Both the position numbers and the translations under genes were made by a program. Shown in pieces: positions 13,374 through 26,077 of a stretch of DNA of 64,000 bases (its first letter is position 1; the number at the start of each line of letters is the position of its first letter). Source of the stretch: Mizuhopecten yessoensis (taxonomy: Eukaryota); NCBI RefSeq assembly GCF_002113885.1, contig NW_018407859.1:191654-255653 (forward strand), in the 5' to 3' direction. Below the pieces are notes generated by a model. That model saw only the letters and a list, made by a program, of their open reading frames with translations, was not told the DNA's origin and made no database searches.

Positions 13374-14496
13374 TAATGGTCATAAAAGGTGATGTTTTCT
13401 ATATGTGTGTATGTACATAGAATTAGTTCTTCAGTTCTCATAGCCACTGGTGATGAGTGGTGGCAGTGTAAATGTATGGTAGTCAGAGAGATTATCAGTG
13501 TACATATGTAGGCCAGTAAGGTAATTGTTTCATAAACAAATGCTGAAAGTTACTCACAGTCTATGTAAGACCAATTAAGGGAAGGAAAGCCCTCATCATC
13601 AAAAAGAAATGTCCCACTCAGAACAAGAGTATATAAGTTATCTCACCTGTGGTGGGATGAATGATGAGATATTTGTAAGCGCGGAAAATGATGCATTTGT
13701 TTACTTGTATAAAACCTGTGGTTACCATGTTTATCTGTATTATAATGCCCCAATCAGAAACATATCTCATTTTACATATTCTGTATAGAACTTGTCAGTA
13801 TATGGGGTGAACATTCGGGAACAAGTACATAATTTCATCCTTTTCCAAGCAGTAGCTAGGTTGCCTTGGCTAATCCTAGGTATAAATAGCCTTCACACTT
13901 TGATAGATGAGGTGGCTGTTGGCCTACTCTAGTTAACTGCTACACACAAACCTGTCTGGTCAGTTCACTTCAGTAAGTATCCATCATATCTCACTGACCA
14001 ACTGTTTAGTTTCCATTAAAATCAATCAACAGAGAAGTAATGCCAATAAAAACAGAAGTGGTGTAGTGGTGTATGGTGTGTGAGGTTAGGAACCCGGTGT
14101 AAACACAGCTATAATACTAGTTTTATAGACACGTTCATTTGTACAGCGTATCGGTGAGAACTTTTTTTGTGTGACAGATTCTCAGCAGGTGAATGAAATT
14201 CATCAAATCACTTAGCTTCTAGATGTAGTACTTGATTCCTTATAGATTTAATAATCAGCTGATAAAAATCACTCTACTTATGTTACTTAGTCAAAATATG
14301 TTAGCTTTTGAAATGCTTGCACCCTCGGTAATACTGATCGGTGCTGTAGTAGTATAATCTGTGTACATAGATAACCTGTTTGTTGAATTTTCACAAATTT
14401 CACATTAAATATCTACCCAGTAAAAAATAACTATAGTGTAAGTATATAAGGCTCATCTTGTGAAAATGAATTATTTATTGTGAACAAATTTACATA

Positions 14497-14676
14497 TTTC
14501 AGCACTTAATTATGGTAATCAGTCTTATCACTAAATATGTTATTACTCTTCCTGTATGATACATGTATGATAAATATTTAATATTTACTTTTGTGTTTAT
14601 GAGATTTCAGCACTTAATTACGGTAATCAGTCTTATCACTAAATATGATATTACTCTTCCTGTATGATACATGTAC
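14497..14676. repeat. Direct duplication of about 72 bp with a short spacer
   Basis: atttcagcacttaatta(t/c)ggtaatcagtcttatcactaaatatg..ttactcttcctgtatgatacatgta occurs twice. Confidence 0.9.
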
Positions 14677-15599
14677 AGCTGGTGGGCCAAAACATTGTGC
14701 ATGTGTATAACATTAAAAAATCACCAATGCACAGAGTACTGATAAGTCTACTGGATCAATTGGATAAACAAACCACATTTATACCCTGTTAAACAGATTG
14801 ACACAAAGTTTGTATCAACTCAAGACAAAATCCTTGTTTAAAAAGTAAATTATATCAAAAAGTGAAAGCATGGCATAAACCTAGCTTTCTTTTATGGTGA
14901 AAAATAAGATTGTAGCTAGTTTTGTCATAAAACTATGGTAATCTTATTATATTAAGAAATGTTATCCATTAGTTGATAACATTTGATAAATCAATAGTTT
15001 ACAGATTTGTCTTCAAGTAATAAGCTGGTGTGCTGGCAGACATAATATTTATCTAACTATACAGGAAGTGTGTATAATAAATTATCCCGTCTATGTCAAA
15101 TTAGCAACAGGCAGTGATATGGAACCTGTGGAAAAGCATGTTTTCCCAAAAAAAATCACTCTCATATGATCTTACAGTACAGCTCCGCCATGGCATGCGC
15201 GGACACTTAAATTTAAAATGTAAATATCCTTTTACAGTGGAAAAAATAAGTAGGGGATTACCCTATTTACACATCCTTGATCGATGAAACACTTTAAGGA
15301 TGCCTGTACCAAAGACTGCATGTAACTGTGAATTGGACATTTTTTACTGGTATGAGGCAATAGCTTTAATAAATCATTTCTGAAAAGAAAGCCTATACCG
15401 TGCGGAACATTTATCAAAACACTAATAAATGTGAAATAGACCCAAAAAAACACCAACAGTGGTATAAAGTGATCATGCAACAGGGTGATACCAGGATTCT
15501 AACTGTTGACCTCCCGTCACAATAGGTCACCTCTAACCAGTACAGCTACCTGATCAGGGGTACTTCCCTAGCTTAAACCCACTAGAGTTGTTTCAAAAA

Positions 15600-15697
15600 C
15601 GAAAATAAGGGGAGGTTACTGTAAACTGCGGTGGAATTCTCAAGTGTTTTCATGCAGAGGGACAAGGATCCTTAAAACAGTGTTATATACAACAGAG
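15600..15697 (+). other. Candidate upstream non-coding (5'UTR) exon; 5' boundary unknown
   Basis: Consensus donor CAGAG|GTAAGT at 15697/15698. The acceptor at 37514 implies at least one upstream exon, but no transcript evidence is available. Confidence 0.25.
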
Positions 15698-17054
15698 GTA
15701 AGTTTTGTCAGACACGATAAATATGTAAACATCGTGAATCTTGTGATTGGAACTTATTTTCTGATAAGACATAAAGACCTGATAGACATAAATACTTTCT
15801 AGAAAGTGTTGTGTTAAGTTAGTGAGCTGATATTGGTTAAGTTATGATAAAGAGTGTTTTAGGTTTTTTTCTGAGTTTTAAAATGAAAATCAAGATCATT
15901 CTGTCAAGTTAGACATGTTAGAACTAGATATTTAAAACCTGTTCCTACTACAATTTCAAGGAAGATAGTGAAATTAACTTGAATATATTTATGTAATGTG
16001 CAAAAGAATACACAACTTTAAATAGGAATTCAGTACAAAGAGTGAAGCTTTTTTTTTAAATCTGGATATTTTGTTATTTTCTGTTGCTCGTCATACTTCC
16101 TGGAAATTTTGTCTAGCTCATTTACATGTACCTGACATGCTGTGTCACTGTATTCTATACAACATAGGGTACATGTAAGATATATCAGTACCTTAAGTGA
16201 TGACATGTGGACATTTCACTGATACTATGTAAGGTAAGGTTGATTAATGGGTTAGAAATACCAGGCCAGCTCGGGTACTTAGCTGTACAAGGTGTAAAGG
16301 TGTGTGCACATACTCCAGTGAGTCTTACGTACCTTGGGTGAAGCCATATTTTCATTGATATTGCTTTGGGGTAAATCCTTCACAGTATATAGATCGTGCA
16401 GCGTAAACAGGAAGCCATCTTCTTATAAACACGAACCTCTCTAGGAATTTGTTTAATCATATCCATGTTACAGACATTATATTACTGGTGGTGCTTGATT
16501 GGAATGTGTTGAGAAGTTTGCTTATATATTGGTATCTGTGTGATAAATATCAGTGGGGGGACTGTCTTACTAGTAGTATCTGGGGGTGAACTTGACAATT
16601 GATGACTGTAACTGGTACCGAGGAACTGTCCTAAACCTCCTACCATGAAATCTACATCAAAGAGCAGCTGTTTATAAAGATTGTTTACCAGCCTATAGCT
16701 ATGCTATGTATCACCAATAAGCCCATGCCTGGTAATAAGCCCATCTATGTCAATTACAGCTCAGTAGAAATGCTAACTAATGCTATTTTGTTGTCCTGCA
16801 ATCAGCCCACCTTTAATTAGAGTCAGATTTTATAGTGTAAAGCTTTTCTCAAACATAGACATATGTAAGAGTAAAGTAGAGCAAAGATTTGGTTGCTACA
16901 AATAAAATGAACATTCAGTACATGTGTCTGACCTTAATAAGAGTGTATCTATATTTTAGCGATGGATTAACTTAAAATGGACTGTTATCTTTCTCTTATC
17001 TGGAAGTAAACTAATACATGAACTATTATCATTCTGTTACCTAGAAAAGGACTC

Positions 17055-17174
17055 TATCATTGTCTCATTTACTCTTTGATCGTCCTGTTACCTGGAAATG
17101 TAGTATTAAACCACGTTATCATTGTCTCATTTACTCTTTTATCATCCTGTTACCTGGAAATGTAGTATTAAACC
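17055..17174. repeat. Tandem duplication of about 62 bp
   Basis: tatcattgtctcatttactcttt..atc.tcctgttacctggaaatgtagtattaaacc x2. Confidence 0.9.
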
Positions 17175-17772
17175 TGCTATAATGCCACCATCTCCATGAA
17201 GAGACTACCTGTGTTAAACTTTGCTCACTTGGCTGTCTGTTTGAACTTCACAAAAGTGGTTTATTCTCAGGACAAGTTTGACTATCATCCTTCTCGTACC
17301 TGAATATGGATTGCTGTGTTTACGTGCCTTCAAAATACCAGTGTTTCTCTAAGACTGTACCAGTAATGTAGCCTGGAGTTAGGTACCTTACACACCATCA
17401 CAAGCTGAAACACAGTTATATGTTCATTCAGCCTAATTACTTTGCCATTATCATGCATGTCTATAAAACCTTTCAAAATGATTCCGGAATATTTGAGTAG
17501 GATGTTAGAGGGATGATTTGTGATTGGTTTGTATTAATTTAGAACAGTGATGTTCATTTTGTCCTTTTACAGGAAATGTAGAAATTAATGTATAAAGTAT
17601 TCATGACTATACTCCAGCAACACCCGAACTTCCATTGTAAAGTAGGATTTAGATGGTGTGTAGGCATGGCTTGGATCTTTGAGAGTATAAAAGTAGGCGG
17701 TACTGAGGTATCAACTGACACTACTGCCTGCAGCACAGAGGTACATTTTAAATACTGGTAATAGATGTGATA

Positions 17773-17861
17773 AGTATAAAGAATGCTGGATCCTGTGTAT
17801 GATTAGTATAAAGAATGCTGGATCCTGTGTATGATTAGTATAAAGAATGCTGGATCCTGTG
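17773..17861. repeat. 32-bp tandem repeat, about 2.8 copies
   Basis: agtataaagaatgctggatcctgtgtatgatt. Confidence 0.9.
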
Positions 17862-19042
17862 TGTACCCATTTGCCTCCTTCTGTTTATGATCTTGTCCAT
17901 TATACAAGAGGCTAGTCTCATTAATGACTTCCTGTACATATATGATCCACCTGTCTCTAAATCTCTGTTATAATTCTCTAAATGGCTACAACGTCTACTG
18001 ATGTTTATGGTTTTCACAATTGCACTAGAACTGAAAATAGTATAGTGGTTTAGAAACTGCAGGAGTCCACTTTCTAGCTTTTTAAAAACCATTTTGTCTA
18101 TTGTTAAATTTGGCCACAATAATATATACCTACAGGTATTCCTAACCTTCATATTTTTCAACCCTTATTGAAATGTCTCTCTCCTTCAAGGGCTAAATAG
18201 GTCAAAAATAATAAAGTTCGACTAAATAATTAAGTTGTTTGGACTGTTTTATTCCTCGTAAGTTTAGTTCTTTGCTAGACTAGAAGCTGTATTTAGTAAA
18301 AACTATTCCATACACCTAACCTGATACCTCCTTGAAAGACGACATGTTCACAAATCTTCATGTTAAATATTTTATCGTCTCTGGTGATTAGAATTGTACT
18401 CTTTGAGTGTATTTGTTGAAAGATGAGATCATTTCCCATCTGTATCCATAACAGTGACATCATTCCATGGGCAGCAACAGTTCCGTGTCAGTTTAGATTT
18501 TGTCAAGGACAAGTCTGTAAAGCAGGGTATGAAATATTGACTTCTTGTCTCCGCTTTGCAGTCCAGTTCCGTGACAGCTGCCAGTGCAGTCAGCTCTATT
18601 GGGTAATTACCATAAAATAACCTGGTGTGATCGCTGAATCATTGGGGAGATGACTTTCCCGACGATTTTCGGAATTGTAAGTGAGAAAGTTCAGCTTAGA
18701 CAATCAGGGACCAAAATACATTACATTCTTACAGTACATACATATATGGTTCGTGTCAAGTTCCATCAATATCTTTTTAATGAACTCATGCATAAAGTTG
18801 AAATTTAACTTTAGCTCAGATTTGTTGAAAGAAATTTGGCTGAAAGCTTGGGGTGTTATATTGAAATATAGCCATGTTCCATTTATCCTGGATCCTCCAT
18901 CCACTTGTGGAGGGTTCCAGGAAAGGCTCAGTATGAACATGGAGTAAAGCTGAAGTCGAGGCCCCTAAAGTGGTCTGCATCTTTTCTCTTCTTCCATACC
19001 ACCTTCTTTTCTGAACTTGCCCCGCAGTGGTACAGTTACTGG

Positions 19043-19708
19043 TAGTACGAATTATTCTGACGTTTTATCGACTTTTTTATATCGGTCTGTTGTCGATTAA
19101 CGTCAGAACTCCGACCCTCTATAATATATGCGGGAAATAAGCTACCCGCGCCTGGGTCGCTCTTCAAACTGATATTTTAGAAACAAATTGTCACTTTCAC
19201 ACACATGTCGCACATGGATCGAAAGATCTATTCTTTATGCACTAGGTGGTATCAATAACATGTTTCAAAGATCATTATAGGAACAGTATTTTCCAACGTT
19301 TTCTATACCAACCCATGTTTTTAATGGAAAGTAGGGCATTACCGAAGGTATTTTCCAACGTTATGACGGTGGCCGTCGAGATTTTAGTCACGTGGCATTA
19401 GAAGGCGGGGTTATCAAAAACGTAAAGTAAAACAGAGTAAGTTTGAAAAAATATGTTTTTAGTGATTGTATTGGTTGTTTGAGGCATGTAATTTATGTTC
19501 ATCTTGTGCATAAAGAATAGATCTTTCGATCCATGTGCGACTTGTGTGTGAAAGTGCAGGACGATTTGTTTCTAAAATATCTGTTTGAAGTGCGCTCCGG
19601 GAGCGGATCGCTTATTTCCCGCATATTATAGAGGGTCGGAGTTCTGACGTTAATCGACGACAGACCGATATAAAAAAAGTCGATAAAAGGTCAGAATAAT
19701 TCGGACTA
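19043..19708. mobile_element. Young MITE with about 200-230-bp terminal inverted repeats, TAG...CTA termini and a 9-bp TSD (AcademH-like)
   Basis: Left end tagtacgaattattctgac..., right end ...gtcagaataattcggacta. The arms align with high identity for about 200 bp. agttactgg is present at 19034-19042 and 19712-19720. CpG-rich relative to the flanks. Confidence 0.85.
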
Positions 19709-21859
19709 AGAAGTTACTGGATGATATAAAGGATTTATTTTTTATTTTATCAAGATTTTTATTTCAGTTTAACAAGGTGATTGCTGGTTTGAAGGTGTAC
19801 TGAATATCCAGACACAACACAATAAGATAGACAAAAATAATTGTGAACTTATCAAATAAAACAAGGGAACTGGATAAACAAGTGATATCAAACTTGTAAA
19901 AATGAGGTGTATAAATCTGCAGGGGAACCAATTATCTCAACAACAAGGCTTATTGGTGATTAGAGCTGGAGTACAAACTTGCATTGATTGGATATAATGA
20001 TCTGTTGGGAACATTTCATTGGAGGTAGATTTTATGTCGTGTTATTGGGTGTTATGTATCCCGCCTGCATATCTATCTATAGACTGCCCCCGTCCCCCAC
20101 CCACACCCCTCCCCAGTTTCTAGAATATTAAATCATTTAGAAAAAAATGAACTCCAATACTTTTGATCACTTAGATGTCTGATTCTACGTTCTAAACTAA
20201 GGGGGGATAAGCTAGTAGTAAAAGTTTTTTTTATTTTTTTATGGCTTAGACTTGTTGAGCTCTCACATGATCAGGCATGAGACAATTTTTATGTTGACTG
20301 TTGGAGTCTGGTTTACCTGTCTTCTACAATACATGAACAGAGGATGGGTGTGTTGTCTTACTCCATGCCCATTTAATGGTGGCATAATAGAGTTTCATTG
20401 AGCTTGTCTTCTTTTTTTCACCTGAACAGTCAGTGGATGTAGAGTCTATGGCGGCTTTCTAAATGTAAGCTGTCTTCTACATGGTCATAAGCTATAAGTC
20501 TGATATACTTTCCTGCAAGATGTTGATGTGTGGCTCAAAACACTCACTGAGGTGTCTTCAACATGGTCGTAACACTAAAGTCCATCCGATGGTCAAATTT
20601 CTTATTTATATTTCTGGCTTACTGAAATCTCTTTTCCAGATAGTTTGATAAAATCCTTGTTCAGCAAATGTCTGTATGACTGTCTACATTATCACATCTT
20701 GCATACATATATCAGGTTATAAAAGTTTCAATATCTAGTTTCATAGTAACAATTTGTGGCATTTATGATAGATTAAACTCTACTATAAGTCTATACCAAT
20801 AAACCTTATTCAGGGAAGTATGAAAAAACAGACAATTCTCCATCCAACTTGACACCTAAACCTTGAATGATTCTTGTCAGTCAGTGTAAGCATTTGCATC
20901 CTACCTAATTACCTCCGAGATTTACTGACATTTCATCTCAAAAAAACACTTGAAACAATTTCCATTTTTTCAGTGATAAAACTCATAACTACATATTTTT
21001 TTTTACATTCCAAACTGAAGTCCCCTCAGAGTTTTTGGTCTCGCTAGATATGGTGACTGGCTCGTTGTACGCTATGAGAAGGCTATTATTACCTTGGTTT
21101 ATTGTGTGTACTGTCAGTGTCATAATGTTCCTAGATAACATCCTAGACCATTGTTAACCAGCCGAGACTGGGTGTGAAACTCATAAGGGTACATACCTCT
21201 TTATATCCTGAAAAATTCAAATATATATATATATTAAAAAGGTCATTGAAGTCTTGCTCTTTGCTATCATGTTCTCATAAAGAATAGCACATTCTGCAAT
21301 AAAAAAGATGAGATAAGTGATACCAGAAAAATAGGAGTGACTTTTTTTGTGTAGTTAGGTTTGATATTCATAGATATCAAATGCCAGTAGAGAAATTAAT
21401 GCCAACTGTGATTACGGACCAGACAAATAAAAAATGAAAAGCATTTTGTATAACGAATATTGAAAACAGATGTGTGGACAAGAATGAGTGTTTTAGTGCT
21501 TTATGAGGTATAACATATATACCAGTGATCAGTTTGTGGTAAGGTTACGATCAAGAGTATTAATGAAAAAATAGATTCTATCAGATCTCTTGTACTTGTT
21601 AAATTTATGATCTGTGTAGATTTAAAAATGATTTATATTGCATCATATGGACAAAAGAACAGATATCAGGTGTACTATCATAATTTAAAATGATAGATGT
21701 TTTTGAATGGTATACCGAAGTAAAATGGTATAGCAGTGTTTAAGTACCTGTCCAAAAGCACCTGAATCACTTATATATTGGGTTTTGGATATCAAAAAAA
21801 AAAAATGTACTTAGGGTATTGACTACCAACTTTTTCAGTTGTTTTTNTCAAAAGTTTTC

Positions 21860-22150
21860 TCCTTTCCATGTAAACCCTCCTTGGGATGATATTATCGTGT
21901 AAGACAAACAAGGATTTCATCCCTTGGGTTGGAGATTTCTCTGTCACACCCTCAAGGTAGGAGATGATTATTTTTCTCCCATGCTGTTTCACTCACAAAT
22001 CTGCAGACAAGCGTTGATTGCATGTTTTCCCAGCTAATCCAGAGTTGTCTTCCATGGCCTGCTACGGTTGACATATGACGTCAATGCATTGATGACGTGA
22101 CATCATACTTTTGTTATGACTTAGATCGCGCCATACTGCACGGGGCTATC
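21860..22150. mobile_element. Remnant of a hairpin-bearing interspersed repeat
   Basis: Hairpin ccttgggatgatat (21879-21892) / atttcatcccttgg (21914-21927), TGACGTCA at 22076 and further tgacgt motifs. Organisation is similar to 3476-3990. Confidence 0.4.
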
Positions 22151-24408
22151 TCCCCCTAGGAGGTGACAAGCTGAGCTTTTCAGGCTTAAAAGGGTGACAC
22201 ACCTGTGAAGTACTGTAATAACTCATTATAAAGGTAGTCTTCAATTAAGTGGAAAGTGAAACACATTTATATATACAACTCCAGTATGCTCTCTGTAAAA
22301 AAACTTATATTTAAAGGCCATGCTGATGCAGTAAATTGTATATTAAAGGAACGTGTCTGACTGTACAGTCGAGGTGTCATGACCTTTGATGAACAGGTAT
22401 GAGTAGGGGTTGTGACCTTTGAGATGGATACAGGAGTTTAAAATTTCATTACACAGCAAAATCTTTACATAAAGTAAAGAGGTCGGGTATGAGGTGAAGA
22501 CACTGGGTTATCTAAAATAAATCTTGCAGTCTCCCGGTAAAAAAACTATAATTCTGATATTGCACTGACACTGTTTGTAAATGGTGGTACTAGGATATTG
22601 GTAGCCTGGTGATGGAGTATTTATGCTGAGGTTACATTATAAGATTACATGTGCAGACTGCGAGGTGCCTGTGCTAGAAACAAGAAACCCCATATATCCC
22701 ATCAACCATATATATTAAAAGGCTAACCTCATTTTTCTGAAAACCCGTTAATTTTGTGTTCAAATAAAATTATCTGTAATGTAAAAGTCCACTTGTCAGT
22801 TTATAATACATTACTGGTAAGATGGATTAAGAACATTTGCCAACCTATCTATCATAGTATATGATATACACACATCAGTAAGCTGATCTCGGACTAGATT
22901 TTAAGTTAAATTTCCTTGAAATGTTTCATTTTTACTCTTAAAAAATGGATTTATTGGAAATATTTATAAGTCACATTGAGAGTAAGTCTCCCCTGATGTG
23001 AAGCAGTAAAGGAAACAGCTACATTTATCAGATAAAGTTAAATTGTTAATATTTACGTTATAGTTATTTGTTTCAATCAGGCTATACAGCCACAAAAAGG
23101 AAATAGATTTATATGTTTCCTGAAGTACCTATGTCCTAGACTAGCCATGTGGCATAGAGATTTAGGTTTTTTCTGGAGGATGTGTACATGTTGAACTACA
23201 GTATGTCTCATTTCAGTTGTTACATATTACTGGAAATGTTTCCTTGTAGAATCCTGTTAGTGCCAGGAGATGAGGATGTAACCTCCAGTGTTTATAAACT
23301 CTCCCGCTTCACATGCTGCTTCAAATAACTGGATATGTCTTATTTACCGGTACCACCCTGAAAACAAGTGACCTCTTCAACTTCAGATCACCGTAGGAAT
23401 TCAGCAAGAAGGTTACAGTCATATTTATTGTCGTTCTTTTCTAAAAAAAATCTAAAAGTTTACAAACATGTTACATGGTTATATCATAAGCATGCTTGTG
23501 CTGCATGCTATGGCATGGTGCCAGGTTGAAGCACTGTGAAATGTTAAAATGATTTTATCTTGATGCTAAATTTGATAATTTTTCTTTATTGAATCACAAA
23601 TATTACTGACAGTAGGATATTTGTATCCTTCCATCTATTGCAGATATGTAGAAGTATGATACGGGGAATGATATATGTATATCAAGGGGCAGACAATATC
23701 TACACGAGCAAAAATGGTTTTAATTTGACAAAACATTGTTCATGATTACTTCATATCTTAAACATCATTGTCTGATGTAAAACGTTTTGATCAACAAGAT
23801 GTGATCCTGTACAGAATTTGTATAAAATCATTGTCTGCTCATGTATGTGTTAAAGGTAATAACAGTACTTTTACAAAAAAAGAATTCAATATGATGTCAT
23901 CACATCACCTGATGTTCTGTGCTGCACATGTGTTGCGTGAGCTAGGAACATGCTACACATTCCCATGCATGTTGTTGACAAATGCCAGGAATTCTTTTTT
24001 TAATCAGCTGCAGATCTGCATTGATGGTGTCGTGACGGCCGTGTCTTGGTTTCTGTGGCAACGTGTTGTGTGGCTTTAATAACAACACATAGCTACAATT
24101 TTAGATACGCTATATTGGTAGACAGAACAAAACAGATAATGAAAACATGTACAGTACATTATTGATGTGTAAAATTTTATCATCCAAGGGATCTAATGAT
24201 GTCAACGATGATATGAACAGCTGGTAAATATCAGATGGTATTGATTTTACATAAATATGGATACTTCATTCTACGATATTACATTGGTTCCTGGTAGGTG
24301 TTCCAAAGTGACTGTTGAGTTGCATGTTTAAATACATTTCTTTAAAGCTCCTCAGAACATACATTACCACTCCTTGCTGAAACAAGTAAATAAACATTCA
24401 GCTAGCAG

Positions 24409-25082
24409 TGTAATAGGAGAGGAAAAATGCAACAGGTCCACACCAGGTTCGAACCCAGGTCCTCTAAACTCAAGACGGACGCTCTAACTGTATATCATGA
24501 GAGAGAAAATGCAACAGTGCCACACGAGATTCACATCCAGGTCCTCTAAACTCTAGATGGACGCTCTAACTCTATATCAGGACAGAGACAATGCAACAGT
24601 GCCACACGAGATTCACATCCAGGTCCTCTAACCTCTAGATGGACGCTCTAACTGTATAACAGGAGAGGGAAAATGCAACAGGGCCACACCAGGTTCGAAC
24701 CCAGGTCCTCTAAACTCTAGATGGACGCTCTAAATGTATATCAGGAGAGGGAAAATGCAACAGGGCCACACCAGGTTTTAACCCAGGTCCTCTATGAACT
24801 CTAGATGGACGCTCTAACTGTATAACAGGAGAGGGAAAATGCAACAGGGCCACACCAGGTTTGAAACCAGGTCCTCTAAATTCTAGATGGACACTCTAAC
24901 TGTATAACAGGAGAGGGAAAATGCAACAGGGCCACACCAGGTTCGAACACAGGTCCTCTAAATTCTAGATGTACACTCTAACTGATTGGCCTACCTCAGG
25001 TCATTGGCCAGTAACCGGCCCAGTCCAGTAACAGTAGTAATGACTTTATCCTCATGTCAGTATTTAGATATTATAAATCACA
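24409..25082 (-). mobile_element. tRNA-containing LTR-like element (Helenus/TRIM-like solo LTR) with 7 tandem copies of its 82-bp tRNA-derived 3' part
   Basis: Minus-strand unit: agttagagcgtccatctagagtttagaggacctgGGTTCGAACCtggtgtggccctgttgcattttccctctcctg (D-arm end, anticodon-like loop, B box). The element ends ...ctcctattaCA at 24409. Only the rightmost unit has the tRNA 5' part. The other end is uncertain (25033 or 25082). Confidence 0.7.
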
Positions 25083-26077
25083 TATTGTAATGACCTGGTT
25101 CATTTAAGAATATTAAGAATATAGACCCTGAGCAGGTAATATCTGTTTTTCCCCAAACGTTCAGAAGTAAATATATAGACGTAAACTATTTCACTGCCTG
25201 TGTTTTGATATACCTATACATTGTATGTGACTGTGTACATGGTGCATGTATGTTTCACACATCTAAGGTATGTGTGAACTAGGAAGTTTTGAAGCAGAAA
25301 CATAACTACGTTATCTAAATAATATATAAATTAGGTGATAAATAGACAGATTGTCATATGTTCTGGGAATACAATTGGCGACACCATACAATTCCAGGTG
25401 CAGGAATTTGTATTGCTCTCTGTGTTTTGCTGCAAACCTTTTCTGATTAAAATTGCATACATCCTTTCTTCTAGTTTTCCAAAAATAGACTTTCCGTTCA
25501 ATTTGTTTACCACCACAATGAAATAAGATAACATACTGGTATTATTGTTACATTAACTCAATTCTATGTGTAAATCCTAGCATCTTCTCCGCAGTAAATC
25601 AATACTTGCCGCCTCAAAATGAAGTTTGGCTTCATATTTTAAACAATTGCAAAAATATTGATTTTACTGGTAGGCATGTGTTTTTGGAGCACAGATCATT
25701 GAAACCTGCACAGATCTAAATATATCACACTGGGATTTCCTGGCAAGAAGACTTATTGTTTTAATCAGAATCACGATAACTATTTTTACAAATGTACGTT
25801 GGATACGTGATAGTATTCGTGTGGAGATGAGAGCGTGTGATATGATGGTAAGGAAAACTTCTTACACTGGTGAATGCTTGCATCATGCATAATGTAATTA
25901 TTATTTTTTTAGTCACTAATTTTGATATAGTTATAAACCTTTACTTTGAAGACTGCAAAGGTTGTATGTTTTTGTCAAAGCTGTGTCAGATTGAATTAAC
26001 CAAGTCAAAAATGTACATATTGATGTATCCAAATTAAAAAATTGTTCAGTACTTGCTCTGCAGACATATGGTGGATA

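Noticed and set aside
24409-25000. Functional tRNA gene cluster
   Set aside because: Units lack the 5' acceptor stem and A box and have degenerate stems; they are tRNA-derived only.
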